NCBI GenBank assembly: GCA_003344405.1
Contig: NOWV01000205.1
Coordinates: 1-64,000 of the forward strand
From: Trichoplax sp. H2
Lineage: Eukaryota
Reading direction: 5' to 3'
DNA: 64,000 bases
Numbering within the stretch: position 1 is the first letter of the stretch; each line of letters begins with the position of its first letter. Under the pieces are notes generated by a model, which was given only the letters and a program-made list of their open reading frames with translations, did not search any database and was not told where the DNA came from. A program made the translations under genes and the position numbers. Below, piece after piece: positions 15,039 to 29,396 of this stretch.

Positions 15039-18000
15039 TTAGATTTTGTTACTTAATCTTGTTGATGACTTTCTATCCGTATCTTTACTACTACTAGGAT
15101 TGGATTTTAAAGTTGCAGTTGAAGCCTCATCATATCCCTGTCGATTCCTAGCGAAATAAAATATTATTCTGCATCATAGAATGTAGTGAAAGCTTAATAA
15201 ATCAATAATAATCGATAAATTTTTAAAATCAATTTTTGATAATGTTATTCAGATTATAAATTTTACATAAAGCACCGATAGGTATTCTAAGCTTTTGAAG
15301 TTATTCAGGCTACTGATTATCTATCAAGCTGTCATATTAAGAAATAATCTCAATATGTGACAGCTAATCTCTTTCAACTTGTTTAACAAGGCTTCTACGA
15401 ACATATAGTTGAACCTGAAATTACGTTTGGATACAGATTAGCTTTAACCTGTATCCAAATTCGAGATCCTTTATTTATTCTTACTTATAAGCAGTCTTTT
15501 ATAGCTTTCATCATCAATTAAGTGACACTGCATAAAGTATAAAAATTTTTGTTATTATAGCCTTAAATTTTAAGCTAAGTCACTTTGACTACAGTTAAAC
15601 GCAGAGATTTCAGTAATACCATGTAATTTTATATTGCGATAAATTATTATAATATATTAATAAATTGAAATGATTTGTACGGAAATTGTAGCTGATATTA
15701 ATAAGCAACTTAATGGCTGAGTGTAAGCTTGTAATCTCTGGATGTTTATATTAGCTAACGCGCAAAAATGAAGAGCAGAATTTGTCTTTTCGAAAAAAGG
15801 ATGAGTATTAGACATACCCTTTAGTCACCTAATAATTTAAAGTTTAATAGTGACTATATAGAATATTGCTATAAATGACTATAAATGCGATAATTATATC
15901 GAACAGTGATTGAATAACTTTAAATTTAGTTTTTGTAATAGCGATATACTGAAAAAACCTATATAAGCAAATAAACTATAACATATGAATAGCGGTTGAT
16001 GTGATTTCAATTATACCAAATCGTTAGATAAAATGTGAAGCATGGTTCTATTCACCTTTTATCGCTCTTCCATCGCAAGTAATAAAAGACAGATACCAAA
16101 ATAATTACTATCACAAGAGCTGCAAATCCAATTATCATACCGGCAATTATGTTAGCTAAGAGAGAATTAAAGAAATAATTTTATTAGTTAAGTTAACTTG
16201 ACTAAAAAATCTGTTCGAAAGTCTGAATTTACAGCTTTAATAAACTGTTATCGACAATCTAAAAATAACGGATTATTGCCAGAATATTAGATAAAAGATA
16301 GCTTCATCCAATTCACATTCATTCCGAGTACTGTCACTAAATCTCAGAATACTGATACTAGGCTAACTAACACGTAATAACTGGCTTGCGTGTACCACAG
16401 TCACGATCGACAAAGCCACTAGGACACCTATATTCGAAAATTTCCAGTTTAAAAGTTTTATAAAGAGTAGTTTATACGTCACGTATAAGTCAAAGTTTAA
16501 ATCGAGTTAAAAAAATTAATGGCCGTAAGTAATTTGAAAAATCTCAAAAACTGCAAAAATTGCGAAAAATTCCGAGGGCAAAGTCAGCTTAAAATATTCT
16601 GTTTGTTAAGCTAATTGATTATGAAAGCTTCTTCATTGAACTTACAAACAGTAAGGTTTCTGCTTTTTATCAAGCCTGCAATATCCACCACCATTCTTGC
16701 AAGCTAATTGGCACTCTGAAAGAAAAATATTAGGATTTAGAAACAGTTCGAAACTGACGTCTAGAAACCTGCATTAGCAACTATTTCAAACTAAAATCTT
16801 TTTTATCATCCTTTCAGTAATATTTCATAATTGCAATATGTCACGTTGCTAAACATTGTAATAGTAGAGTACAGATTAAGCATTTGTGTCACGGTAGATT
16901 TCTTTCTATCTAGGCTACAATGGCTAAGTTTTTGTGATTGACTTGTAAAAGCGGTTGATTGCTTACTATTAATTGTCTTTTACATTTTTATGAGTAGCAG
17001 TGAGGTTCATCGTGAATAGTGGGAATAATTTAATATTAGCCTAAAGTTTTAAAGTTTGCGCGCGTAACAGTAGTCTAGGTGAGTGGCTTTATACCTAAAC
17101 TAGAGTAATAATTGACAGTAACAATTTAGAAGGGCAGAATACTTTACTTTATCCTGAGTCAGAAAAGTAGTCTGTGAAATTATATCAGATAGTTATGTGC
17201 TGTTCCTGATATTATGGAAATACAAGATTCATGAGTATCCTGCACCGATTAGGAAGTTCTTTAAATAGTGAAAAATAATTTATTCACTATTTTAGAAATA
17301 ACATAGTCTCATCAACAGTAAATTTATCGATCGCATAGGTATTATCATGTAGGTAAGTACGGTGCTTGGGAAATTACTGTAGGAGCATTATTCACTTTAG
17401 GCCAAGAATTTAGAAGGCTTAACTTACTCGTGCAGTTATGTTGGTAATAGCTGCCGTTACTTGTTTGCTGGTCACACTTGCAGTAATAGGATCCGTTTGT
17501 ATTAATACATATTTGATGCGGCAATGAACATAGCTGCGAGTTGTTGCATTCATTAATATCTATAAAATGGCAGAAATAATCAAATTATCCATCAAACTGA
17601 TTTCATTAGCTCGGATATATCCTTAGTTGATCGTTAATTATATTTGAAGAGGTTGCGTGGGATGAAGAGCTTTACTCATGTATCCTTTTTAGCAGCTGCG
17701 AAACAATATACGCGCGTAAAATTAAAATATGAATATGTACCATATATTCGCATAATCGAACAAATAATGTTAGTTACAAAATGATTAAGAATAATAAAAA
17801 TAAATCAAATCAGATCATGAATGTAAGTGAAATCTGTCAAGGTGTTATGTTAAGACTATTTTTTGAAATTTTTTTCCTTGATAGACATTACATTTTGACC
17901 TACGTACAACATCTACAGTTAGTTATTTGTTAGTAGTCATAATATTTAGAAAGTCAGAATTGGTAGTATTGCGTTTTATATACTGTACTATCTGCGTTTT

Positions 18001-21000
18001 AAATTCGTTTAATTCTAGCATACTGTATGATACTTATATCCAATATGGCGAAAACAATATATAGAATTAAGGTAAATTGACCTGGCCTTAAGCTAATATT
18101 AATAAAGTAATGTATAATTTTTTATTATTTTTGAGGGAGTACATCATTTTAATTGCGATTAAATGGTTTTATATATTTTCCGTCATTTTAATCTAGCGAT
18201 TAAGACTTAGAATCAAAATTAGATCGTTTTGATAAATATTTAAAGTGTCTAAAAATGTATTAAATTCACGATTCGAATCACACTCAACAGAATAAATATA
18301 ATTAAACTTTGAATTGTATCAAGACCTGAGTTGCTTAAGGTTAATAAATTATGAACAACTGCTATTATATCTTTAAATTATTCTCAATTGATTGAAATAA
18401 AAATAATGCTGAACTAATTTGTAATTCAAAGGAAATAAACTTTGTTTTAATCTGTTCTTAACTTCCTTCCTAAGGAAGGAAGCCCGATGAATAAGAAATT
18501 TCATTGATTTATGCGTTTATACATGACTTCTTTTGACGAGATAGAAATATTAAGTTAACTGTAAGATTTATGGATGTATGCTTTAACAAAGGATGAAATA
18601 TCTAATTATACTTTTAAATGAGTGATGCCTTGAAGTCAACAAATTTCAAAGTATCAGGAGCATCAAGGAAAGTTTCCAATAGCACTGAATCACTGAAAGT
18701 TTTTGCTTTACGGACCAAGATAATTAATTATAACATTGACGTTGATAGCTGAAATCACAAGATATTAATGCATGCCAAATATTATTTTAAGAGCTCTTGT
18801 TGCGACAGTCAACATACTTCAAATGATTTGAATTTGGCTCAGAAAAAATAATATCAATTGTCTATTGTATGAATTTTTATATCAATGGCCTGGTTTCTAT
18901 GTGTATTATATCAATACGAAAAGCCATTTAATATAATAAGCAACTCGTATCTTCTACTTTATCTATTTATAGATACTTTGAAAAACTTAACAAAACTTAA
19001 GAATTAGTATATTATATCGGTATCATAAATTTTTTCAATAACTAAGCCACTAACAATTACGGGTATTTAAGGTCAAAATTTTCTGTTTCGATAATTAAAA
19101 AAGATGTTTACATTAAGAAGATTTCTTTGAAGCTAATAGTTAATCCAATGGGTATTATGTAAGAAAGCTAACAAAAATGAATAAGTTACAAAATTTTCAA
19201 GATACGATAATAAGTGGCAAATTCACGTAGCGTGAGATCCATTTTGAATCAGTGACTGTAGCTTTGATTAGAATTTGCATGAATTAAAAATCTGAAGCGT
19301 GGTATAAAACATAAGTCACGGTTCAGGTACGAGATAAATTTATAGTTATCATTTGATATTACTTAGAGGTAATATCATAATCTGAAAATGGCTAACCTTG
19401 ACATGAAAATCCATCGCCATCAAATCCATCAAGGCATTGACAAGCCAGATAAAATGTCTCATTTTCCGTGCGATTTAAGCAAGTTGCGAAGGAACTACAA
19501 TTTAGTCCAAATTTTCTGCATTCACTTAAAGGGACTATAGCTTCTACATTATGGATAATTTAAAGCTATTACTGTTTAGTTTCTCATAAATACTTTAGCA
19601 ATTTCTTTAAAGTATAGATACGTGGGAATGTTATGCAAAAGTTTGATTTGTTTTATGATTTAAACTATTTTAGCTAGGCTATAGCAATTTAAGTGGCGTT
19701 ATAATGCTATTATCATTATTATCATGATTAATTTATAATTTTCTGAAATTATACGGCTTCATCACTTGCTATCTAAAACTAGTTCGTAAACGGTAGTGTT
19801 CGAATTAAACTAGAATAATCAGAAAAGCGAATATTTTTAATATTCGGATTGCAAATAGTAAATTATATAATTATCCAATCTTAGATTTAATAAGCTATTC
19901 CTGGTATTACAAAAGATTAACAACTGCAAATTAAGCTCTAATCTTTAGATGATTATGATAATAAGAGAATTACAAAAATTTATCAGATTTGACTAGCTGT
20001 TACCATCACCGTACTGTATTCTCAATAGTTTTATACAATACTGAAATAAAAAATATCCTTTACCTTGGCCAGTAACTAATGAATCCAGACCAATCTATGT
20101 GATTAAAAGTAGAGAAAATCAAATTAGCCCATGCATGTCAATAATAAATTTACTCTAGTTTTAAGTTCTGATATTTTTAAAAGGATTCATCATAGCCTAG
20201 CCAATAGCTGATAATAAAAGTTTATTACTAACATTTTCAGCTGTATATGTCTAAACTATTAAGTAAAAAGTTATATCTTGCAACTAATGAATTAAGCCAT
20301 TACTTAAGACTGTTGATTCTTAATCATAATATTTTATTAATTGTTAAGTTTTTTTAAAATCTCAAAAATACGTAACGTAAGAGGAATTGACGACGGTCTA
20401 GACTTAATTTAATGTCTTAGATTTAACCATTTAGATAATATGATAGACGATAAAATTATCGGATTAATAATTAAATTGACAAAGAAAAATCAATTGCAAA
20501 TTGCTAATGTAAATTTAAATAATATTGTTTATATGATTACATATTGTCTATTGAATTAATATTTTGATCAATATATTTATAAAACAAAGCAAAAGAGAAT
20601 GAATAAAGTTACCAAATGAAATCTGTAAATAGCAGGGAACATTTGAAAAATTTTCTGTGGTTGCTTTGCACTAATAATTTCTCATTCGAAAGTCGCATAA
20701 ATTAAGTAATAAAGCATATGATAGAAAGTATATCGAGTAATCCTAACCCTTCTCTGAATTCCTTCGGCAGGAAATAATTACGTGATGCTTAATGCAAAGT
20801 CTTCAGTCATTGATTTGATAATGATTGGAGTTGTAGGAGTTAGGATTGAATTGATAATATGCTGTTGTAGACATTAAATACAGTAGTTTCATTATTCCTG
20901 CTCTTAGTGTGTATGAAATAGAAGTCTTATGAATATACGTAGGAGCTGATTACGGTTATCTAGTTTCTCTGTCTACATCAATAAGATCAATTATTTAACA

Positions 21001-23215
21001 GAAGTCAATAAGATTACACTCGTTACCTTATTTCGTAAAAAAAATTATTATATGGAACAGAAATAAACAAAATTCTTATGGAACCAAGAGTTTATCAGCT
21101 CTAGTTATGCATTATAAATCGTAGTTCCTTGATTAATGTTGCTCGAGTGCTCAGAGAATGTAAAAGAGATTCCTAAATGCTTTCTGTATTTTCAATATTT
21201 TGTTCTTCAAACGACCGGATAGTGAATCTGTAAGGCTTTAGCTTATTTCCATTAGATAAACTCCAGTGGGATTAAGTATTGCTCTAATGTATCGAATTTT
21301 TTAATCTAGCCTTGTTTAACTATTCTACAGTTTGGTACTCGACCATTAAGTTCTATCGAAGTACGAAAAAGCATCAGGAAGTTTAAATAAAAAATTTTTA
21401 ATTTCCTCGTTCATAAAATAAAGCAGTTTTATCTTGAATCAATAACTAAATGGATCTCCTGTCAGGCATCAATAATAACTAATAGTATTATTGGTTCGGT
21501 GTTATTGGAAACTTATGATAATAAACAGCATAAGCTATTTCTGACGGACCACTTGAAAATTGGATGTATGCATTTTAGTTATATGTACAGTAATTACATA
21601 ACGTATCTGATACCTGATGAAAAGTTTATCGAAATATTCAATCTTTACATAATAATCAAAATGATTAAGTCAGATATGCTGATTGATTTATTATTTATGG
21701 CTCACTAGAATTATTTAGGATATAGCACAGGAATTAGTCGCATACTCTACAGGCTAACATTTAGGCAGCAAAACAATTAATTCAATTTCTAAATCCCTTT
21801 TGGATTTATTCAACGGAGAAAATTCGGGTATAACTTCCGTAAATATTAATATCTATAACAAATATCAGCTGCTATCTATAGAAAATACCATTTTTATAAA
21901 TATGAATTAGATGGTAGAATGCCTTTAATGTTCAGATTTTGAAATTGGGCGGTTACACTCCAGAAATTGAGATAATGCCTAGTTTTCTTAAAGAATTTTA
22001 AGGATATGTTTCATTTCTCGTCGATCAAAATTAAGAACTTGTCGGTTTCATTATGGCTTGGTAATTTTAAATGTATTTGGATTTGTTGACGAAATTATTA
22101 TTCACTAATTCGAGCATTGTAATTAAACTACGGCATTATCCTGATACGAAGACTGCAAATAAGAGATAACACTCGAATAAATCTAGTTATAACAGCAATT
22201 ATTTATGATGCTAATACTAATGTTAGACCATAAGGACACTCACTGTACATTGTACATAGACTTTTCGTTATATTCTACAGTAATCGATTAAAGTGATGAT
22301 AGACTTGCTAACTAAAATCATTTTCATTTACGTATACTGTTCTATGATAATTTAGCCTCCATGAAGGATCTGGTAAATTCTATGGTCTAAACTCTAACTT
22401 GGAAGAATAAATTATCTAAATTTGTACTGTTTTCGGCTGGTATGAAATGATTTTATTGCAGAATAAAAGCTAGCTAAATAAAGTTATTATGAAAGGATAG
22501 CAATCTAAGTTCAGTTGAATCATAGACGGTACGATGTTACATAGTGTATTTTTCTTATTTTCTTTGAATATTATAATTATGGAAAGATCCGCGAATTAAG
22601 AGTCTTGATTTTAATCGTATATAGACTATGCAGTAGACTACTCGTAATAGTCGTCCCAACATACCGTAACTTCTAGAGTTTTGAGTCTTAATTGTGGTCA
22701 AAAACGAAAACATTACTGTATTAGTTACTGTAAGATGGTAATTAAAAGTTTTAAATATTGTATGTTATCATCATCTAAGTATTGACAGCCATTAATATCT
22801 GTTTCGTCTAATTAATCGATATTTTCGCCTCTCGCGTTAGAAATACCGAGACTTTTGGAATGAAGCTAAGTTTTCAATAAACAATGTTAATTACTTAATA
22901 GTTAAATTTTGTCTTTGCTACGTAGTGTACAATTCGTTAACTTAATCGTAATTTTGTCGTATCAAATTAGCAAAAGGACTTCTCTTACGTATAAAGACCG
23001 TTTATAGATAATTTACAATACTACGAACTAAGTAATACTAGACACTAATTCACGCAATTTTAGAATTGACTGCATTTTATTTATTTTTCAACGAAGTAAA
23101 AGCTGATTTTGTGATGTGTACGTTAAACTTCCAAAAAAATTTTTACCTGAAAAATTATAACAAGGCAGCAAAGATGATATAAAATGCCATGATATTTTAT
23201 TCTTACAGTAGCCAT
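15039..23215 (-). CDS. Type I membrane protein with three EGF-like domains, paralog 2 (multi-exon)
   Basis: Exons: 23215-23147 (MATVRIKYHGILYHLCCLVIIFQ), 20094-20064 (IGLDSLVTGQ), 19534-19397 (EGF ECRKFGLNCSSFATC...CQCLDGFDGDGFSCQ), 17559-17428 (cbEGF DINECNNSQLC...CINTNGSYYCKC), 16715-16646 (KCQLACKNGGGYCRLDKKQKPYCL), 16427-16372 (CPSGFVDRDCGTRKPVIT), 16155-16056 (TM NIIAGMIIGFAALVIVIILVSVFYYLRWKS), 15147-15039 (tail ...STRLSNKI*). All introns are GT-AG and the frame is continuous. Confidence 0.88.
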
Positions 23216-23906
23216 AGTTAACAATAAAATAGTTGTTCTTCTCGATGGACGTTACGCTTGCAATTATTCAAGGCTTCGGAAAAGCGAAATTCAAATTGTG
23301 AAATCTCAAAATGAGACTTAGTGTTTAAGAAATTGTTAATATACGTAATGATGATTGATGAAATTACTTTTAGTTACCTATTGAGAGTTTATAAGGTGCC
23401 GGTATCTGTTACGGATGTCATAGATGATAAGCGAATTATAAGGAAAGTTTGGATTAGATATTATTTAATAGGAAACTCTTCACGGTTTAGAATACTCTGA
23501 GATTGAATTAATAGAAGTGGATTTGTTCAATTTAACATAAAATCGATCTTATATAATTAATCATTCAACCATAGGATCTTCATTGAATTACAACTACATA
23601 ACATCTCGGGGTATTGTTCAGCAAATCTTTGATATCATAACCTATGGGTGACGATAGAAAATTATTTTATCCTCTAGGTCTTACGTCTAAAACGGTATTG
23701 TGAACGTCGGTATTATTTTATAATAATAAATAAAACGATAATAGAGCAAACTGATTGTCAATTTTGATTTATAATGATTAAGGAAAGATTCTATCAATAC
23801 ATCATAAATGGTTTGACAGCTGTAAAGTAAATTCTGAAAATAGAAATCCTATTTATTAGAACAACAGCTAATGCATTGCATAATCTCACATAAGACTACG
23901 TGAATG

Positions 23907-24558
23907 GCATTGAAATAAAAGTCTATAAACTCCGAAGATTATAAATTATACCCTAGTTACGTTATTCTAATCTGTTATATTATTGATGAGAGCATTAGTA
24001 ATAATTTATGTCATATTTTACCGAAACAAAGCATAGATTTAATGATCGCTAAATAAGTCGGATCCGTATCTATTCACGTACTATATGTTGTTAATACTGA
24101 TTTAAAAATTATTAAATTTTTGACGATTTGAAATCCAACCATACGGGAAAGATAAATATATAAATAGTCACACATGATCATCATGAATCTTGAACATGTA
24201 CATGTTGATTATGATCATGATCATCATGATCATGACATGTACATGTTTATGTTGTAACATTGTAAACTTTAAATTTTAAATTAAATAAATTTTAAATTTT
24301 TAAATTTTTAAAAAATCGCGATCGCGAATCGATGAATTGTAAATCATGATCAATGATCATGATCAAGATCTAGCGATCATAGCATGTACATGTACACTGT
24401 ATGTATACTGTATGTATACACGTACATGTACACTGTACGTACATGTACAATGGAGACATGCTGATTTATATCATGAACATGATGATTTAAATATTTAACA
24501 TTAAATATGGTGTTGAAAAAAGATAATTTTAGATACTTTAAATATAAAATTAGGGAGA
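23907..24558. repeat. Empty-site copy: left part repeats at 24579-24983, right part repeats at 53768-53994
   Basis: 23907-~24305 matches 24579-24983 and 24322-24558 matches 53768-53994, each with a few SNPs or small indels (TACTAT/TATTAT, CACACA/CACATA, GAATTG/GAATCG, CATAGC/CACAGC, TTTAAC/TTTGAC). Confidence 0.95.
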
Positions 24559-24578
24559 NNNNNNNNNNNNNNNNNNNN
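24559..24578. other. Assembly gap (20 N)
   Basis: Run of 20 n separating the two redundant copies. Confidence 1.
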
Positions 24579-24983
24579 GCATTGAAATAAAAGTCTATAA
24601 ACTCCGAAGATTATAAATTATACCCTAGTTACGTTATTCTAATCTGTTATATTATTGATGAGAGCATTAGTAATAATTTATGTCATATTTTACCGAAACA
24701 AAGCATAGATTTAATGATCGCTAAATAAGTCGGATCCGTATCTATTCACGTATTATATGTTGTTAATACTGATTTAAAAATTATTAAATTTTTGACGATT
24801 TGAAATCCAACCATACGGGAAAGATAAATATATAAATAGTCACATATGATCATCATGAATCTTGAACATGTACATGTTGATTATGATCATGATCATCATG
24901 ATCATGACATGTACATGTTTATGTTGTAACATTGTAAATTTTAAATTTTAAATTTTAAATTAAATAAATTTTAAATTTTAAAT
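24579..24983. repeat. Left flank of the island (copy of 23907-~24305), ending in a palindrome-rich CATG/GATC/TTTAAA tract
   Basis: Direct sequence match to 23907 onward; it diverges after ...AAATTTTAAAT. Confidence 0.95.
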
Positions 24984-27900
24984 AAATGATAACTAAAAAT
25001 TTTAATTTAAGTTCGACGTACCTCGTCATGCGCAAAATAGCTGGCAGGCGATTCAAGATATTTTTATTAATTTTTGTAAATATAAAGACTTTGACAAAGA
25101 ATTACAGATGAGATAAAAATAAAATTTAGCGATCCTCATATATTTCGTCAATCGTGGAAATTTGTATTATAGATCATGAATGGACGCTTTGTATATAAAA
25201 TATACAACAGGAAAAGCAGGCTTGTTAATGTTTTAGATCGTTCGAAGTATTACGCTACGAAATCTACAGCTACGGTATCGTAATCGTTTGAGTAACCTAT
25301 TAGAATTTGCAAGATGCTTTTTTAACATTCTAACGTAGAAAAGTTTTGGTGAATTGTAATATTGATACTCAAACAACTTCAATGATGAAATAAGTATGGC
25401 TAACTATTAATAATTACTTGAAGGTCCTGAAAACTGCAAGGAATAAATGTTACCAAGCTAAGTTTTCGAACTTTGACATTTGCATAAATTCTCGTAATTA
25501 GTTAGTTACACCAGCAGAGTCTTTAGAAGAAGTGTTAAAATTATTACAGACAGTACATGAAAGTAATGAAGGAAACTAATATAGATTAGATATTCGCATT
25601 GCAAAATAAAGCAGACGTAACGGACAGTGTTTCTACCCTTAAGAATAGAAAATATTGCGAGTTAGAAAGAATTTAAACTTATTTTTTGTGATAAGAATAC
25701 CAATCTATAGCAGTTTTAGGACTAATAAACAAAAGCCTCAAACCTTGTAGTAACTACATTAATTCTATCTACTTTTCAGAGATACGCTTTCTTTAGAACC
25801 AACGCAACGTTTTTTAATTCATATGTTGCCAAAGTGGAATTTTTACAAAAATTTATACTTTAGAATTAAGAAAATTTTTGCTCATTTAACTAATAGTCAA
25901 GACCTTTAGTGACTACCTAAAGCAGAAGATCGAAACACTTTCCAGAACATTTTATGATTGCAGTTTACGTCGTTACCATACTTAATATGACCAAGACACT
26001 TAATCGAGTGGAAATAAACTACCAATCACATATTCTTTGAGATTAGGCCGTCAGTAGACTTTATTTACCTAAAACTAGTCAAGTACCTGTTCAAATGAAC
26101 GGGAACGTATACTACACAAAAGATTACATTGAAAAAATTTCGGAATTAGGTTGCCATACTATGTATGAATTAATTCTCAGTGTGAGATATGTAGCTTATA
26201 ATTAGGCTTCAGGTTGATAGAATAAATACATTATACTATCATTTGTTTATTTTATATTTAGAGAATGATAATCGAAGAATCAAACATACGCAATTTGAAC
26301 ATATACGTGGTGTGCGTGCATAATCTTTTGATTTAAAATAAAGTGTTATGCTTTTATTTAAGTACATAGTTAAGTAAGTCACTCATACGATTACAATTTC
26401 AACCGGTTTTTATTCTTGAAAATAGCGATATTATTTATACCATTACATAAAATTGTACACTTGTAACATTTTGAAATATTACAATCAGGGAATTTCAGAA
26501 AAAAAACACATTATCAGTATAGTGAATGGTATCCTCAGCTAACTATGCGTTTTTAGCTAGAATTTTAACATTACTTGCACTACGCTTGCGGATACCCTCT
26601 TAAGAGCGTATCTAGTAAATTTACGCTGGAATATAAGAAAAAAATTAATCTTCTAGCGTAGAATATTGATGCCTTTAATCTATCCGCAAGTCCTCAGTAT
26701 AAATAAATTGAACATTAATTTAATGTACCTGAAGCTATGGCCAATCTTGTGATAAAAGATAATATGAAATTTTCTAGCTTTTGGCATCTGTACTGGTGTC
26801 GTAAGTAATATATTCTGCCTCTTATTTTATAGATAACATTCTGATAAATACTTGAATCTTATGGTATTTTAGCTAGCCAGACCTAATACGACTATTTTAA
26901 CTGAAAAACAGTGAGAAGAAGCTAGGTTTTCGCATAGCCTAGCTAGACTAAGCTTTTGAGAGCACAACATTGCCCCTTAGTGATAAGAAGTACGGAAACT
27001 AAGAATGCAGGTAACTACGGCACTTAGATTTAAATATATTTTAAGATCTATTTTATTTGTGCGAAGAATAACCGGAATACCTATATAAATTTTCCAGTAA
27101 AAGAAGTACCATACTGCATGCAATTTTGCACCTACATAAAATCTAAATAAAAAAATTTTCTTACATCAGCTCCGCTTATAGCTATTGAATTCCTATACAA
27201 TTTTGAGAAGGTATCACACATTTCTATTAATATGCGCTGCTGAGGCTACTAGATTCAAGATTTTCTATCAATAAGAAACTCTAGCATTGTGAGCGTAGAC
27301 TGTAAGCTTAACAAGTAAAAATTAGGAATAAGAGTAAGTTTTCGACAAATGAGATTCTGTCTTTCGAATTATCCCTTTTAATACCAGGCTTCACCTTTAT
27401 TCACCTATAGAGATTAAAAATTAGTTGTTTAATAGGTCTATTGAAAGTTTACCTAATCTTTTTTTAGGTTCTATGCCTCTGTAAAGTAACTTAGTATTGT
27501 GATAAAAACTGTTAGCCATGTTTAGTATTATGTATATTAGCGTCTTTTATATATTAATCCTATGATACATTTAGTAGACCATAATTATAGACTGTAAGGA
27601 TAGACTCTATGCTAGAATACAGAGGACTATATGCAGTAAGGTGTTGAGCTGTTAAAAAGGTTTAAGGTAGAAAAAGAATTGTAAATCATATATGTTCCTA
27701 TCGCCATGTCATTTTAGCAAAGTACTTTCTATTACAATCTATGGTGAGATCTAAAATCTCAATTTACTAATGCAACCAAGGAAAATATTGATCGATTGTA
27801 TAAATATCTTTTACAATATTGCATAAAACTTTGTAACGCTCAATTACTTGCATACTGCCAAATTGTTTGATGGTGTATATTTGAGTATTTATTCTTTGGC

Positions 27901-29396
27901 TTAATAAGGCCTATTAGCAGGCAATGGCCTGAAATGTCTATTGCTAGTTATAGTTATAGTCCGTATTTTAGTGAATATTATGCCAATGTAATCGAAAATG
28001 CTGGCTCTATTGAACTGATGTAAAAATGCCTATCTAAAAATTAGTCAGTTACCGTTTTGAAAGTATGGAATTCTGATTTTGCATAAGGAAATTACATTTT
28101 CTTTTGAAATATTGTATATTTCCACTTATTTATAGTATTTTATTCACAATTTTTCTTTTTAAGTGATCGTATTATTTTTCTTTTAATCCATGATCGTAAT
28201 TTTACTGTTAAAAAAGATCCTTTTTTAATGTATATTCATTTGCTTATTGGAGCTAAGCTAGTTCTGTATCTGTCAGTCTATAACTGTCGTAGAAGAAATA
28301 AGATAAATTGGTTGGACTAATATGCCTAATCTAACTTGAATGTTTCGGGAAAGATCAAATAAGTCAAATTTCTATTTCATATCAGCCCAGAATATTTAAA
28401 TCAAATGAAAATGTTTTTATTATCAATACGAGTAAGCTTCTAATTAATGGAACTTTGGTAATAAAGTCAGTATTATAGCAACCTATTATACAAAAAAGGC
28501 GATAAGCACTAATAAATAATTAATTTTCATTAATAATTAAAATTGACTTCAATGATTGCACGTGAAAAGCAATAAACACAAGATAGAATTATACCATCAA
28601 ATTAATGTATACAAATGCATCGCATTAGCAACTGAGAAAGCGTCGTATTATGCACAAAGGTTACTTATATCAGTTACCCAGACCTATAATTTCTCTCATC
28701 ATGACGAATTTAGCTATTTTTCCATCAATTTTAGGTATCTGACTTGAAGTTGTGCATTTAATCCAGCTAATTAACTATAAGTTGTCTGTATTGGTGTTTA
28801 CATTACTGTCGTTTCAAATCACTTTAATTTTGCGTCTGAAAAAATTAAAATTAGTTTGCTAAATTCTAAATACCATCTACCTAATATATTTAATTTTCGA
28901 AAAATTTATAGATTATAGCTCTAAACGTTTACTTTAGAAATCACTAATCGCCAATTATTATCATCCAATTGATTACATGCCCCAAGTGACAAGAGAATCC
29001 CCATTGTTCAGTCCGTAGGTAATTAAAAACCTTGCATAGTATGATTAGGTATGGCTTGCTTGCGCAAATTAAGTACTATGCTGTGATAATTAATTAACTT
29101 CTCTATAAAAAGTAGCTACCATCAGATATCATATGAAAGTCTTTGCGAAAAGATGAAAATTCGTTCGACTAGTAGAATTTATTGATGGGACTTTTTTGTT
29201 GGCCTATAATAGAATTTTAAAATTTTAGTATTGAATTACGTCATCTGCGAAAAGAATCATTATTAGATATTTGAAATTTGAGATTAGGCAAGTTTTCATT
29301 CAATTAGAAATACGTCTCAAATTTTCTTTAAAAATCTTAGAAATGCCAGTGCACATAAAAGTACCTTAGTTATAATAATTTTGGTACGGGGTAAAA

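Noticed and set aside
20780..20865. Thr/Pro-rich extra exon in paralog 2 (YYQFNPTPTTPII)
   Set aside because: Its open frame is phase 1 to 2, incompatible with the phase-0 intron that contains it.
24170..24490. CRISPR array or regular satellite
   Set aside because: No constant repeat unit or spacer periodicity, and the context is eukaryotic.
23907..24983. Long TSD or true tandem duplication at the island's left end
   Set aside because: The copies abut an N gap, differ by allele-like SNPs, and the first copy includes both flanks. Redundant haplotype assembly is simpler, though not proven without reads.
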